From Carcharhinus longimanus (Eukaryota): DNA of 63,699 bases. The translations under genes were made by a program, and so were the position numbers. Numbering within the stretch: position 1 is the first letter of the stretch; each line of letters begins with the position of its first letter. Of the stretch, positions 26,770 to 39,229 are shown piece by piece. The stretch spans positions 92,630,052-92,693,750 of the forward strand of contig JASCQW010000081.1 in the NCBI GenBank assembly GCA_030264375.1, read 5' to 3'. Below the pieces are notes generated by a model. It ran no database searches. It saw only the letters and a program-made list of their open reading frames with translations, and had not been told where the DNA came from.

Positions 26770-27250
26770 CAACAGCTTATATGTATAGTATATGTTCAAT
26801 CTAATAAAGCGTTGCAATGCTCTTCACATGAGCATTATGAGAATACATTCGACATATAGGAAGTAGGTTTGCTTACATTTTCCTGACAGTAAGTGAAAAG
26901 TGAGGGACAGGTGCAGAGAGAGTTTGGAATTTCGGATTCGTGATGATGCAAAACTCAGTGCTGGAGCACTGAAGATTGAGCCAACAATTTTGTAGTGATT
27001 GAAATTGAAGATAATATGGGGATTGGTATTAGCAGATTACGGCTAACAGGAGAACTGTGTACCGGAACAGTTCACATGGATAAGCTGGAGAAAGGCACTG
27101 AAGGAATGTCCATACCACGATGATCAATTTAGAATCAGAGCTTTGTTTGAACGGGAACTAACGCATATCAGCCAGCACAGGGATAAAGTACGTGTTTACG
27201 TCTGGGCAATAAAGTTTTTGGTAATTTGAAGTTTATAGCAGGCAGGTTGT
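26770..27250 (-). mobile_element. Old L2-like 3' fragment
   Basis: aacagcttatatgtatagt...gctcttcaca resembles a reversed L2 terminus. Confidence 0.5.
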
Positions 27251-27499
27251 CAGAAGATCAGGAAGCCGGCTTTCTTAGTTGACGGGAAATCACGTTTCAT
27301 ACTTTGTATAAACTAGGTTTCTTTCCAATGCTGGCTGACGGCCTACATTTCTTCCATGCAACATTTCCATTTCATGCTGATGGCGAATTTGCGGAGGGCA
27401 ATGATGAGCAAAAGGTCACAATCCAGTGAGAAAGTGTGAACAAGCGAGTAAGTGATAGAGATGCATGTAGACTAGATGCATCACTGGTGAAACGCACAT

Positions 27500-28830
27500 T
27501 TCTTTTTTCTTATTGGCTATTCCGGAAGGGTCGTGAGAATATAATGGTGATCTAGCTTCTTGAGTCGCAGCAGTGCAAGCTCTGTAGGGTCATTCAACAT
27601 GCAGTAGGGGCGGGAGTAACTAGATTTTCAATCAGCAGCAATGAAGGAATAGTGATAGAATTCCACATCAGCATGGTATGTAGCTTGGAGGCCGACACCG
27701 AAGTGATGATATTCCAGCTCGTATGCTGCAATCGTTCTGCTTGGTAGCGTTCACGGGTTTGGAACTGCTGAGGCATGGGTATTACGAATTTGCTGCAATG
27801 TACCTTGCAGACAATGCACGCTGCTGCCACGTTGCGTCAGTGATAGAGGGACTCGATACAGGAGCTTTTGCAGAGAGTAGCAAGGAAACAGGCTGCCCTG
27901 TCCTGAACTGTATTGAACTTCATGAGTCTTTTGAAACTGCTTTCACTCAAGTAAGCAGAATCTGCTCTACCACAGTAATTACATGGCCGTAGGGGATAGT
28001 GGAAATTATTTGTGTTGTCAGAAAGTGAGATAGTCTCCTCACAATTCTCAGCTTCTGAACTGCTCTGGTGGTAAGTTGCCTGCTGTTAAAAACGGTATGT
28101 CACTGAAGGAGAAACGATGATACTTGGGTGCTTTCCTGATTCCATGGTCATTTCCCTTCACCAGTTTAGCCAAATGTTGCGTGCCACTTATCAGTGGAAA
28201 CTTGACCGTTGTCCCATTCTTGCTGGGTTTGGACAAAGCCTGTTTCAATATGTAAGGAGTCATGAATGAGTGAATATTTTATAATCATGAGCAAACATCT
28301 CCAGCTCCGATCGTATCATGAAAAGAAGCTCATTGATGAAACAGCAGAATATTGTGTTGGTCAGGAAATTAGATGAGCAAGTTATGTAGTGATGCCTCGA
28401 GATTGAGCTGATTGCCTTCAAAGAACTGCCCAAGAGGTCATCGCTCCAACCATTTGAGAGTTTCCACACCGATTGCCATTGATTCCAGTTCGGCGGTGCC
28501 CATGATGATTTAATGACGATTAAATGTTGCCTTGGTGCTGAAAATGTCACTCTCCCCTCACTTCATAACTGCAATTCGTTTGTCTACTTTTAGATGATTA
28601 TTACTTTAATATCAAGAACTGATTTACCCAGCCGGATCCTGAACTGTGCGTCAGTGAGCATGTTACTGCTGATTCAAAGCCATTTTGGAATTTCCGCGTA
28701 CGTCTTACTCGTTCACATTGCTGATGATCAAGAATGCACTGATAGGATGGTACTTCATTCTCCTGGATTCATCTCGATTTTTGTGATCACGATATACTCT
28801 AAATCTTCAGACCCATCTCGTGTTTATTGC
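27500..28830 (-). mobile_element. Decayed LINE, family of 48840-52004
   Basis: FCCFINELLFMIRSELEMFAHD (RT FADD region) in ORF 28260..28550. Confidence 0.75.
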
Positions 28831-28919
28831 CCCTTCTTCTTTCCTAAGAACTGTGCTTCCTTCGTAATTCTGCACTCCCCAGTCAACTCACAAACCGCCA
28901 GCCGAAGGAGAACAATCTC

Positions 28920-29310
28920 AGTTTAACCAGAATCTCCTCACAGCTGAAGCCTTCCAGTCAAAACTAAAAACTGATGAAAGTCCTGTGCACCTTCCTATTA
29001 TAATCAGCTTGTTCCTGTACTGTGAGGATAAGAACTGCAGTCGATAATCTAGCTGTGGTCTAACACGTGTTTCATACAGATCAACCATAATCTCCCTGTT
29101 CCTAAATTATATGACTCAGCTAATAAAAGCAAGTATTCCCAATGTTTTTTTTAACCACATGATCTACTTGTGCTGTTGCCTTCATGAATCTATGAACATG
29201 CACCCGAATTCTATCTGATCCTTTGTATTTCCTAGCGTCCTGCAGTTCATTGTGCAATTCCTTACAGGTTTAAATTTCCAAGTATGTATCACCTCAGACT
29301 TTTCAGTGTT
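28920..29310 (-). mobile_element. CR1-like fragment
   Basis: Reverse-strand RT C-terminal remnant. Confidence 0.6.
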
Positions 29311-30494
29311 AATGACGTTACATTCACTATCTTTCTCTATCTACAGATGATTGCAGACTATTGACATTTTGTATATTATAGATTGTAAATCTGCTATTAA
29401 AATAGTAGGTTTCTGAATTAATCTACAATCATTAAAGATATTGTTTATAAAGCTGTTGCTAAACTATGAAATGTATTATACTTGGACGTTTTATATTGTT
29501 CATGAAAAATGGCGTATAAAATGATGCAACTCCTCTAAAGCTGTTTGAATTCTGAATCGGCTGTCAAGTTCCATTGATTGTTTGCGCAGTTGAATTGAAA
29601 ATCAATGATTTATGATTGCGCTCATAATTTGCATTGATTTAAATATAGTGGTACCAAAGCCATTAGACTTCTCAGTGCACTGAAATGATTTTTCTGACCA
29701 ATAATTACAAGGACAGTTGACGCAGCCGTTGACATATTCCAAAGAAGAGAAGGGATTATCAGTGGACAATAGCTCACTGGAAGACGCGGCGAGGGGGGAA
29801 GGGTGGGGGGGGGGTGCAATGAGGGACCTGAGTGCGATAAGTGGGGAAATATAAGCGGGGTGAATAGGGAAAGACAGTTAGTGGCGGGTGAATTTTATTG
29901 GTAGGTGTTGGCGGTAAATTAATTTAAATGGTATGGGGGCATTTGCTTCGTGGAAAAATGCAGGTTGGAGCTGGAATTGCGGATAATTGGGGTTAATGTC
30001 GGTGTTATTTGTTCAGTGAGTTTACTCTTCAAAGCCCCTGAAGCTTTCCGATGCAATAACCCCTAGTTGCGATTAGTAGCATACGCTCGCTGGAGTTAAT
30101 CTGTGGGTACATGTTGTTCATTTCGCCCAAGCATTCGCCAGACAACCTATCCGATCCTTCCACCGTGCAACACTATTAAACGTATCCGCTAATCCTGCGG
30201 ATATCGCCTGAACTTCCCCACTTCAGCAAACCGAATGTAGAGTCAAATCTACAGAGAGAAACGGAAGCATGAAGAAGTGTAAAATGGAAATCAATTTTCT
30301 ACTTGCTTCTCTACTTTGACATGAAATGGTGTTCTCGGATCGATGGAGAGTCATGTAACCCCATATTTTTCTTTCCTGTTTGAACAAGATGACTTTTATT
30401 ACAGGCTGCGGATTGACCGAGCTGTTAGTTTCATTTCTTTACACGGTGAAATGGAATGAAAATAACTGCTAGCGCTTTGTGGAAATTAGATAGG

Positions 30495-31140
30495 CATACA
30501 TGGTGGCACAATTGTTACAATTGCTGCCGTACAGCACCAAGGATGCGAGATCGATTCCCAGCTGGGGCCATTGTCTATGCACAGTCTGCACGTTCTCCCT
30601 GTGTCTGCGTGGATTTTCTTAGGTACTGCCATTTCCTCATACAGTCCGAAAGATGAGCTGGTTAGAAGCATTGGTCATTTTGAATGCACCCTCAGTGAAC
30701 CTAAGCAGGTGCAGGAGTGTGGCGACTGCGGGAGGCTTCGTTTAATGGCATTAAGGCTAGATTATTGCTTGAGAAACTCAACAAATATTCTAGAGACCCT
30801 GGTGCGAATCCTGGTGGAATTTGAATTCAATAAAAGAAAATCTGGAATTAAGGATCTACTGATGGCGACGTAACCATTGTCGATTGTCGAACGAAAAAAA
30901 GCCATCTGGTTCACTAATGTCTATTAGGGAAGGAAATTTTCCGTCCTTATCCTGCTGGCCTATATGTTACTCCAGCAATGTGGTTGTCTCTTAGTTGCCA
31001 ACCAAAGTCAACTGAGGATGGACAGCAAATACTGGTCACCAAAGTCGGTTATATCCCATGGAAAAATATAAAAAAAGGGATATTTATAATAACTTAATTG
31101 CTGTGTCAGTGTAAACCGACTTATGATACCAATAAATCAG
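30495..31140 (+). mobile_element. V-SINE-like element split by a second SINE
   Basis: V-domain tgcacgttctccctgtgtctgcgtggat; the tail resumes at about 31077. Confidence 0.75.
30730..31076 (+). mobile_element. SINE-like short element sharing head and tail with the LINE at 48840-52004
   Basis: Shared aaccattgtcgatt, ggttcactaatgtc and gaaggaaattt; 3' cccatggaaaaata followed by an A-tail. Confidence 0.8.
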
Positions 31141-32460
31141 TTATTAAAGTCGATTTTGCATTAATATTGCGTGAGAACTAAAACAACATGTGTTAGTTTT
31201 TTTTCTCTAAATGGGGCACTAATTTGACATTTTGACGTGGTTACTTCATCCGTAGCATTTACGTGTACCCTCATAATAACGATAGTCCTTTGACATACAC
31301 ATATACTTGCGGTAGAACCATTATTAGCATCATTTCACCTAGACTCTGTAGTGTTTCTTGAAGTTTAGTCAGTTCTGAAAGGTAAGCAACATTTTTTGAG
31401 AGTTGTATTAATTTTATCCTGTCTTACACGCTGATTTTTTTTTCATGTATTGCAGTAAATGAAAGCGAAAAAAACATGTAAATTGCGTGCATCATACTTA
31501 CATGAATGATGGAATGATCAGCAGCATCAGTTTCCCAGAGGGAGGCAGTGTGGGCAATTGACACGACATTACTTTCTGCTTTCCATTGAATTCAAATCAT
31601 GTGATATCAGATATCTTCTATTTTAAACTCCCGGTTTGCACCCATTTGACGAGATGAGTCCATCTTCAACAATACTGAACAAATTAACATAATTCAGCCT
31701 GCTTGATTGGCAGCTCGCTCTTGCAAACCCACTTTCTTCAAACATTTGTTCTTACAGGAACTTACACATTGAATATATGTATGGCAATAATTTCTATCGG
31801 TTCTTTCCAGAGCAATTTGAAAACAAATACATTTATCGTAAGTAGTAGAAGGACGACATGCACTTCGGAACTCAACTGCGTGCACGTTCACATGACATCC
31901 TGACTTGGAATTATACGCTTGATGTTTGGAAAAGTATTCCTTCAGCAGGTTCTGAATATTAAATGTGATGGCCAAGAATGATGTGAAATCGAAAGGGAAA
32001 TTAAATGATTCCTGCCACATAAAATAAATCTCCTCGTACCTACGACGTTTGAGATCACTTCTAGATCTAACAACTGACCAGTCTTACCTCGCTGACCTGT
32101 CTGTTATATGCGATGAGGACGACTTAATTTTCTCTCTTGGAGGGTAATGAAACTGTGGAATTATTTAAGTGAATGAAATGCTATTGGATGAGGTAGGAAA
32201 TACATAAATTATTATATCAGATCAATCATGACGGCATGGAATGGTGGAGCTGACTTGATGGATTAGAACGTCTGCTTCTGCTCTTACGTCATTGGGTATT
32301 AGCATATGGCCTGCCGCATATTTATTGTGTGGCTCCTTACCCTTGTTGTGACAGTTGCCTCGCGTCGCAATAAAAAAGGAATATTTCAAGTATCATTCAT
32401 TTTTTTTAAAAACTCGAAGCCCAGTTTCTTAGCATCAGCGTGGTTGACTTTAGATGTTTA

Positions 32461-32700
32461 AACAGAACAAAGAACAAAGAACAAAGAACAACCCAGCACG
32501 GGAAACAGGCCCTTCGGCCCAACAAGCCCGCGCCGCCACANNNNNNNNNNNNNNNNNNNNNNNNNNNNNNNNNNNNNNNNNNNNNNNNNNNNNNNNNNNN
32601 NNNNNNNNNNNNNNNNNNNNNNNNNNNNNNNNNNNNNNNNNNNNNNNNNNNNNNNNNNNNNNNNNNNNNNNNNNNNNNNNNNNNNCCTACCTCCCTGTTG
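32461..32700 (-). mobile_element. CR1-like 3' tail with (aacaaag)n and a gap
   Basis: gaacaaagaacaaagaacaaagaac...caggcccttcggccc. Confidence 0.8.
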
Positions 32701-33049
32701 GCCCACAAGGTCAGTTTATGTGTGTCAGGTACCAATCATCCGAATTGGTGGGCCTCCACGCGTATAGAACTGTACCATCTCATAACCTTTGGCGCTGCAG
32801 AGACTCATAGAAATTATGTCCCCTCTCATTGGCTGGAGGCTCTCCAGACCGATTTTGCTTCTATTCTAGTAATGAATTCCGGCGCGCAATTGGTTTTGTG
32901 AATTTGAGCATGATATCGCTCATTTAAAGTTGACTTCCCTTAGGGATGGCTTGGAAAAGGTATTGCTGACCAGAGTTCTACAGGCATCTCTCGTTGCCCC
33001 GCATGGTCCAGCCACAGGATGTTCGAGTGCAGTATTGAACGAATGGCTC

Positions 33050-33879
33050 AACGCACAGCCTATTCTAGCAATTACGTTGCAAATATTTTCCGTTTTTTTA
33101 ATGAAAGCTTCTGCAACTAATGCGTTTCTTGATACATGTAACCTTGAACACTGGCGAATCCTATCCTTTCCTTTGAACGTAGTAGCTCCCTTGGCACTGT
33201 AAATTGAATAAGAACACTCAAGCATTAACAACCACACACACACAAAAAAAGTCACTGTATATAAGGATCAGAATGTAAGAGGCCCGGGTTAGTTTTACCT
33301 CAGTAATCCTACTATTGTAATATTTGAGGAATTAATGAAGTGCTTAATTCACATGAACGAGACATTAAACATTGTAGTTTCAGAGAAACAAATGTATACA
33401 CATCTGTTGAACCTCTGCCTTTCCTGCATTACTGCAATGATCATGCAGTAAACACGTGTTGCCGGTTCCGATTCACTTTGGGAGGAATTGTGCAAAGTGA
33501 AATACTATTGCAAATGTTATCATTTTTCTTTTCTTATGTCATATTTTGCGATATGTGTCATATTTATAATTATTTTGTATTGTTGACTGAATGTCCAGTT
33601 TGCAATTCGACGGATATTGAATTGGAACTGATTTGACCAAAGACCGTGGCTACAGGTTATAAGACAAAATTGTATTGACTTTTATTCGCCTTCCCTTAAG
33701 TCCTCACTAAGTTTCGGTATAACGACATAATCCCGCTATGATACGAATCGCATCTTGAACGTTGCATCTTTTATGCGCTTGATCACTCATGTGGTAACAT
33801 GCAAATAACGCACAGCCTATTCTAACAATTACGTTGCAAATATTTTCCTTTTTTTAATGAAAGCTTCTCCAACCAGTGC
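33050..33879 (+). repeat. Local ~74-bp direct duplication (33050-33123 and 33807-33879)
   Basis: aacgcacagcctattcta[g/a]caattacgttgcaaatattttcc...aatgaaagcttct present twice. Confidence 0.92.
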
Positions 33880-36190
33880 AGATGTCAAGTCACCGACATA
33901 TACAACAGCAGTAAAATCAGGTCAAATATAAATTGCAGCTACCTTTAGTAATATTGGAACTAAAAGCAACAGAATTTAACATTAATTGTACGAATTTAAA
34001 TGGCACATATACACACCTGCGTTTTTGTTCGCTAGTCGGTTTTCTAAAATAATAGGCAGAATAATGTAAACTTAAGTATTATGATATGTTCCGTTCTCAA
34101 AGGAGATGTGCGTTACTAGCGAGAACAGCATTGAATGAAAGTCTCCTGTTGCCCTGCGGAAGATGTCTCACGTGGTCTTCTTGAACGGTTGCAGTTTAAA
34201 TATCACAAGAAGGCTCACTTTTCCTTTAGGGGGATGCTGAGTGGTTATAGCTCAGTGATATTGAATGCCCGTTGATAAGTTTCTACGTTATTATTATGTG
34301 TGACTTGGTGGACACCTTGATATACTTCTCTGCCATTTGAGCCATTATTCACTGAGGGGGAGGATGTGGCAAGTTGGGAACGGGGAATAGACTACTGCAG
34401 GGATTCTGACGATTGATTCACAATACAGTCAATTTGCATCTGCAACAGAACTGTTTAATGAGTAAGGCGGTAGATGCTGAGCCAATGGAATGGTAGCTTT
34501 TTTTGACTCGGATTGAGCATCTCTAGCGCTATTGGAGCTTACCACATTAAATTAAAAAAAAACCTATCCCACCAAACTATTGGTTTCTGTCTTCGAATTG
34601 GGGAGGTAGGGAAGACTTGGATAACTGGCAGGTAAAGTATTGTTAAAGGATTCCCAAAAGGCGAAGTGCCCTTTTAGTCTCACGAGGTATGTGATTCGTC
34701 TGGTGAATCTTCTGAATGATGCTTATCCTCCTGGTATGAAGGGTGGCAACCGAGCAACAAGAAGAAGGGTAAATGGCAGGCTGCATTCTCGTTTCTTGAA
34801 ATTTTGTTGACGGGTGGTTGTGTTGCAAAAATGTTATTTGCTAGTTACAAACCCAAGTTAGGATGTTGTCTAAATTTGCTGCATTGGAGGGAACGGTTAC
34901 ATTTTCTGAGGAGTCGGACAAAGAACTGAAAATGGTGCAGTTGCTGGCGTTGTAGCAAATATGAAGTTTCATAAGATATAAGAGATATACAATTTCAATT
35001 TCAGGAATTAAAATGTAAGATTCGTTTAAAGGCACTGGCTTGGCGCATTCATTGACAGCCCTAATTTATTTAGCTTTCAATTGATTGGGGGAAGAGGGCA
35101 GCACGCTGCGGCGTCCGAATGAAGCAAGAGAAGTTTGCTCTGGGGATGTGAGTCCAGGTTGCCTGTTGTTGTGTTTTGTTGTCTCTTCCATATTAGGTAC
35201 ACGTAAGGAAGAGGTCAGATTAAGAGCAAGCAGCTTCGCCACACGATTTCTGTTTCTTTAAAAACAAGTGCTACGGGACACGCTGTGTTATCTTTCTTCC
35301 AAAATTTTTTGCTTTTGGGTCAAATTTCCAGGATCCATTTCATTTTGCTTCCAATTCATTAGTTCATTGATTTACTTGCAAATTATCAACTTGTTTCTCA
35401 TGAACTAGATTCATCTGTTTTGATCTGTGTAATTTAGTATGCTCATTCTGTCAGTAAATAATTGCGTGTTCCAGTGCATTTTTCACTATCAACTCTTCTG
35501 CATGTAAACCGCAAAATTCCATGTGCAGCTTTCTTGCTTTTCTCATGGATAGGGTTTCATTGATGAAGCAACTGAGCGTGGTTTGCTTTTGGACCCTGCT
35601 CAACGGAACTTCTAAAGCAGTATACTGGGGTTGAGATGTGTGGACTTAAAGAACACAATCATGTTTATTGGCAGCTGTCCCCCAGAATTTGACTAAATAA
35701 CTTGCCAAAATGTATTCCAATTTTCATTGCAAAGTTGCTAATAATTTTTTTTTTATCCACATAGCATTAGCAAATGCCTCCACATAAGAAATACAACTCA
35801 CTCATTGATTCTCGATTTAGCCTGTGTTCGGATCAAGGTTTTTGTGAGATCCACATCCGACCTGTTTACAGTTATCGTCTTTCTTGAATTTTCAAGCCAT
35901 TACAGTGAATGATTGAATAACGATGCTAATTTTAATAACGTTCACAGTTTCATGAAGAAAAGGGGAGAGTAGCATCTACGTAATTGGCTGTCCGTTTAAA
36001 GTTACATGAATCAAACAAAATGCAACAGGGAAAATCAATGGGAAGTTATTTGTTCCTGATAATTTAATCTAATCAATACACAATAAAATCAAACATTTCT
36101 CAATAGTAAATCGCACCTTATGGAAGGAAGTTCAACAAAGGACAAGACACTTTCAATGCATTAAAGTTAACTTTCACTGCTTTTGCTTAC

Positions 36191-36226
36191 CTTTATCTTG
36201 CTGACTGAGAAGTGCCTTCTTCAATT
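36191..36226 (-). CDS. 36-nt micro-exon, (E)LKKALLSQQDK
   Basis: tcttctttctcgtgttaacag|AATTGAAGAAGGCACTTCTCAGTCAGCAAGATAAAG|gtaagc. Confidence 0.88.
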
Positions 36227-36282
36227 CTGTTAACACGAGAAAGAAGAGTTTGAAGATTAATTTGTTTCATGCTTGTCATCTT

Positions 36283-36735
36283 AAGAACATAAGAACATAA
36301 GAAATAGAAGCAGGAGTAGGCCATTTAGCACTTCGAGCCTGCCCCGCCATTCAATAAGATCATGGCTGATCTGAAGTGGATCAGTTCCACTTTCCCACTT
36401 TCTCCCCNNNNNNNNNNNNNNNNNNNNNNNNNNNNNNNNNNNNNNNNNNNNNNNNNNNNNNNNNNNNNNNNNNNNNNNNNNNNNNNNNNNNNNNNNNNNN
36501 NNNNNNNTTAAACGCCTTTTTGAAATCTAAAAATGCCACTTTCACCGGTTCCCCACTGTCTACCGCACTAGTCACATCCTCATAGAAATCCAATATATTC
36601 GTGAAACACCACTTCCCCTTAATGAATCCGTGCTGCGTCTGCTCTATCAAACCATTCTTTTCAAGGTGCCTCGCTATTTCTTCTTTGATGACGGATTCTA
36701 GCATTTTTCCAACTACAGGTGTTAAACTAATCTTA
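36283..36735 (-). mobile_element. Young CR1-like LINE (collapsed, with gap)
   Basis: ISLTPVVGKMLESVIK..QHGFIKGK..LDFKKAF; aagaacataagaacataag tail. Confidence 0.92.
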
Positions 36736-37197
36736 TTCAGAACTAGTCTTATTCTGAACTGCCAGGAATGTACAAGCAGTTTTACAGGTATATGTCGGGA
36801 CATACATCGGAAAGCAAAACTGTACAATAATAATGTTACTGCAGAAAAATATGTTTACGGATTAATAAAAAAATCTTCAAAAGTTGAATGGTGTGCTACT
36901 GATTCAATTATGCCTACAAAAAACCTCAAAAATGATTGTTAAATGATGAACAATTATATTTTGTTAAAGCATTAATGTGCTAGGAACGATCATGAAGTCA
37001 TTTGACGCAGGCTTTTCGAACATGAATGAATCAAAATAAATGTACATGCAGCGGTCTTCATGGACAAAACAAATTTATATGCAGTCAGTTGCACGAAAAG
37101 TCGCCATTTTGCACGAACGAATTCATGAGTGTAGCTAACTAGTAAGATAAATGGTAAATGCATTACAAAAGTCATTAATAAAGAAATATTGGCTTAC

Positions 37198-37224
37198 CAA
37201 TGTCTTTGGCAAGCAGTTGCTGTT
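37198..37224 (-). CDS. 27-nt micro-exon, (K)QQLLAKDI
   Basis: attttgtttttcag|AACAGCAACTGCTTGCCAAAGACATTG|gtaagc. Confidence 0.88.
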
Positions 37225-38224
37225 CTGAAAAACAAAATCCCAAAAATAATTTCAAATGTTAACTGCAATCGGAATGCATTCAGTGCAATATACAATATGG
37301 TACAACGGTTCTCAGGTAAATGAGAATTTGAACTCGATGTTTACCAGCGCAGTGACGATATTGCTTATAAGAACTCGGTGGCTTCCTCTTCCTCGGAGAG
37401 CATCACTTTTTTGCTCTTGCAGGCCATAAATGATACTTGAAACTAATTAGACCAAGAATGAACGTAGCCTAAGTGTTTCTGCCTTCTTCCTTATCTGTGG
37501 ATTTGGGATTGGCAGTGAAAAACATACTATCATCAATGAACTTCTTACTTTCAAACTGATGTCGAGGGAAATAAATCGTCAAAGCACGCGAATTGGTGTG
37601 CTCAAATAGCAGTGATGCGTGACACCACTGAGGCGACATCCTGTTGCTGAGCGGATTGTTGTCCAAGGCTCATGTTGGGACCGATCAAACACATAAAGAC
37701 ATATTATGAAGTTAGCCTCGATCCCAACTCTTTTTGACTGTCTCATGAATGTGAGCATCATTTGTTTCATTCTGAGTGGGATTTTGGGATTTTTTAAAAA
37801 ACTAAAACAAACTTTATTTATCAATACAATCTATCTATAATAAAAATAATTAGCGTACATTTTTTCCAATGGTTTTACCGAAAATTGACAAGGTATATGT
37901 GTTAACTGTTAACTTATCCCTATTCCTTCCAATTTAATTAATATTCCTCAGAGATAAACAGCTGTTCAAACTCAGTTATTAAAAATGCACTAGCTTACGT
38001 GGACTGCTAGTTCTCAACTTCTTAATACCTTCTGAGAGATTCCTATATTTTTAGTAGGTGTATGAGTTCAATTTCCAAATAGAGAGAGAGAGAGAGAGAG
38101 AGTACTTGCAAAATCCAACCAGAACTGTCTGTATGTCTTCCTCCATAACTCTAGCTTCTCCAATTAGCACGTGATACGCTCTGGCAATCAAGGTAATTAA
38201 ATGCTACTCCGAAACTCCAAATAA

Positions 38225-38418
38225 TATGGGGATACCGGCGTTGGACAGGCACATTAAAAAGTCTCACAACACCAGCTTAAAGTCCAACAGGTTTTTCAGG
38301 TATCAGGAGTGCTGCTTCTTCATCAAGTGAATGGACAGTTGGGTTCACAAACACGACATTTATAGACAGAGTCAATTGCAGAATAATTGGTTGTCTTCAC
38401 AGGTACAGACAATACGAG
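38225..38418 (-). mobile_element. Penelope-like element end
   Basis: gtctcacaacaccagcttaaagtccaacagg shared with 62145-62235; decayed hammerhead-like core. Confidence 0.65.
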
Positions 38419-38693
38419 NNNNNNNNNNNNNNNNNNNNNNNNNNNNNNNNNNNNNNNNNNNNNNNNNNNNNNNNNNNNNNNNNNNNNNNNNNNNNNNNNN
38501 NNNNNNNNNNNNNNNNNNNNNNNNNNNNNNNNNNNNNNNNNNNNNNNNNNNNNNNNNNNNNNNNNNNNNNNNNNNNNNNNNNNNNNNNNNNNNNNNNNNN
38601 NNNNNNNNNNNNNNNNNNNNNNNNNNNNNNNNNNNNNNNNNNNNNNNNNNNNNNNNNNNNNNNNNNNNNNNNNNNNNNNNNNNNNNNNNNNNN

Positions 38694-38822
38694 CTCACCA
38701 GTGCCCTGTACAGTTGCAGCAAGACCTCCCTGCTTTTATATTCTATCCCCCTCGCTATGAAGGCCAACATTCCATTCGCCTTCTTGATCACCTGCTGCAC
38801 CTGCAGACTGGGTTTTTGCGAT
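38694..38822 (-). mobile_element. Young CR1-like fragment
   Basis: QQVIKKANGMLAFIARGIEYKSREVLLQLYRALV. Confidence 0.92.
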
Positions 38823-38913
38823 GGGTGGTGTTAGCGTGATAGTGTGATGAATCGCCAATGGACAGCCCAAGAAACAAACAAAACTATTTTGGTTCTGATT
38901 TAAATATACATCC

Positions 38914-38957
38914 CATTATCTAGGATTATTTACGTCATTATCTAGGATTATTTACGT
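38914..38957 (+). repeat. Perfect 22-bp tandem duplication
   Basis: cattatctaggattatttacgt x2. Confidence 0.95.
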
Positions 38958-39229
38958 TTCTACATTCTCAGCAGTTGGGCTGCCTGCAAGAGACAAATTA
39001 GCACCAACGTTATCAAAGTTTTCGTTTTAAATATTCCCTTCACAAAGATCAAGATGCAAAATCCATGTCTTAAAGGGACAGTATCTTCACACTCATAACC
39101 AGCTTTATTTCCATTGAATATGAGCTTACGTGATGAACATTTGCCCTATGTTCCCCTCTTATTTCCTTATCGTTTCATTTGGTAGAACATTGTTTTGATG
39201 CCGATGGATGGAAACATGGCTCCCCACTG

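Noticed and set aside
35377-35448. 72-nt minus segment NEHTKLHRSKQMNLVHEKQVDNLQ, helical-looking
   Set aside because: It reads this way only in phase 0; in phase 1 it has an immediate stop, so it is incompatible with its neighbours.
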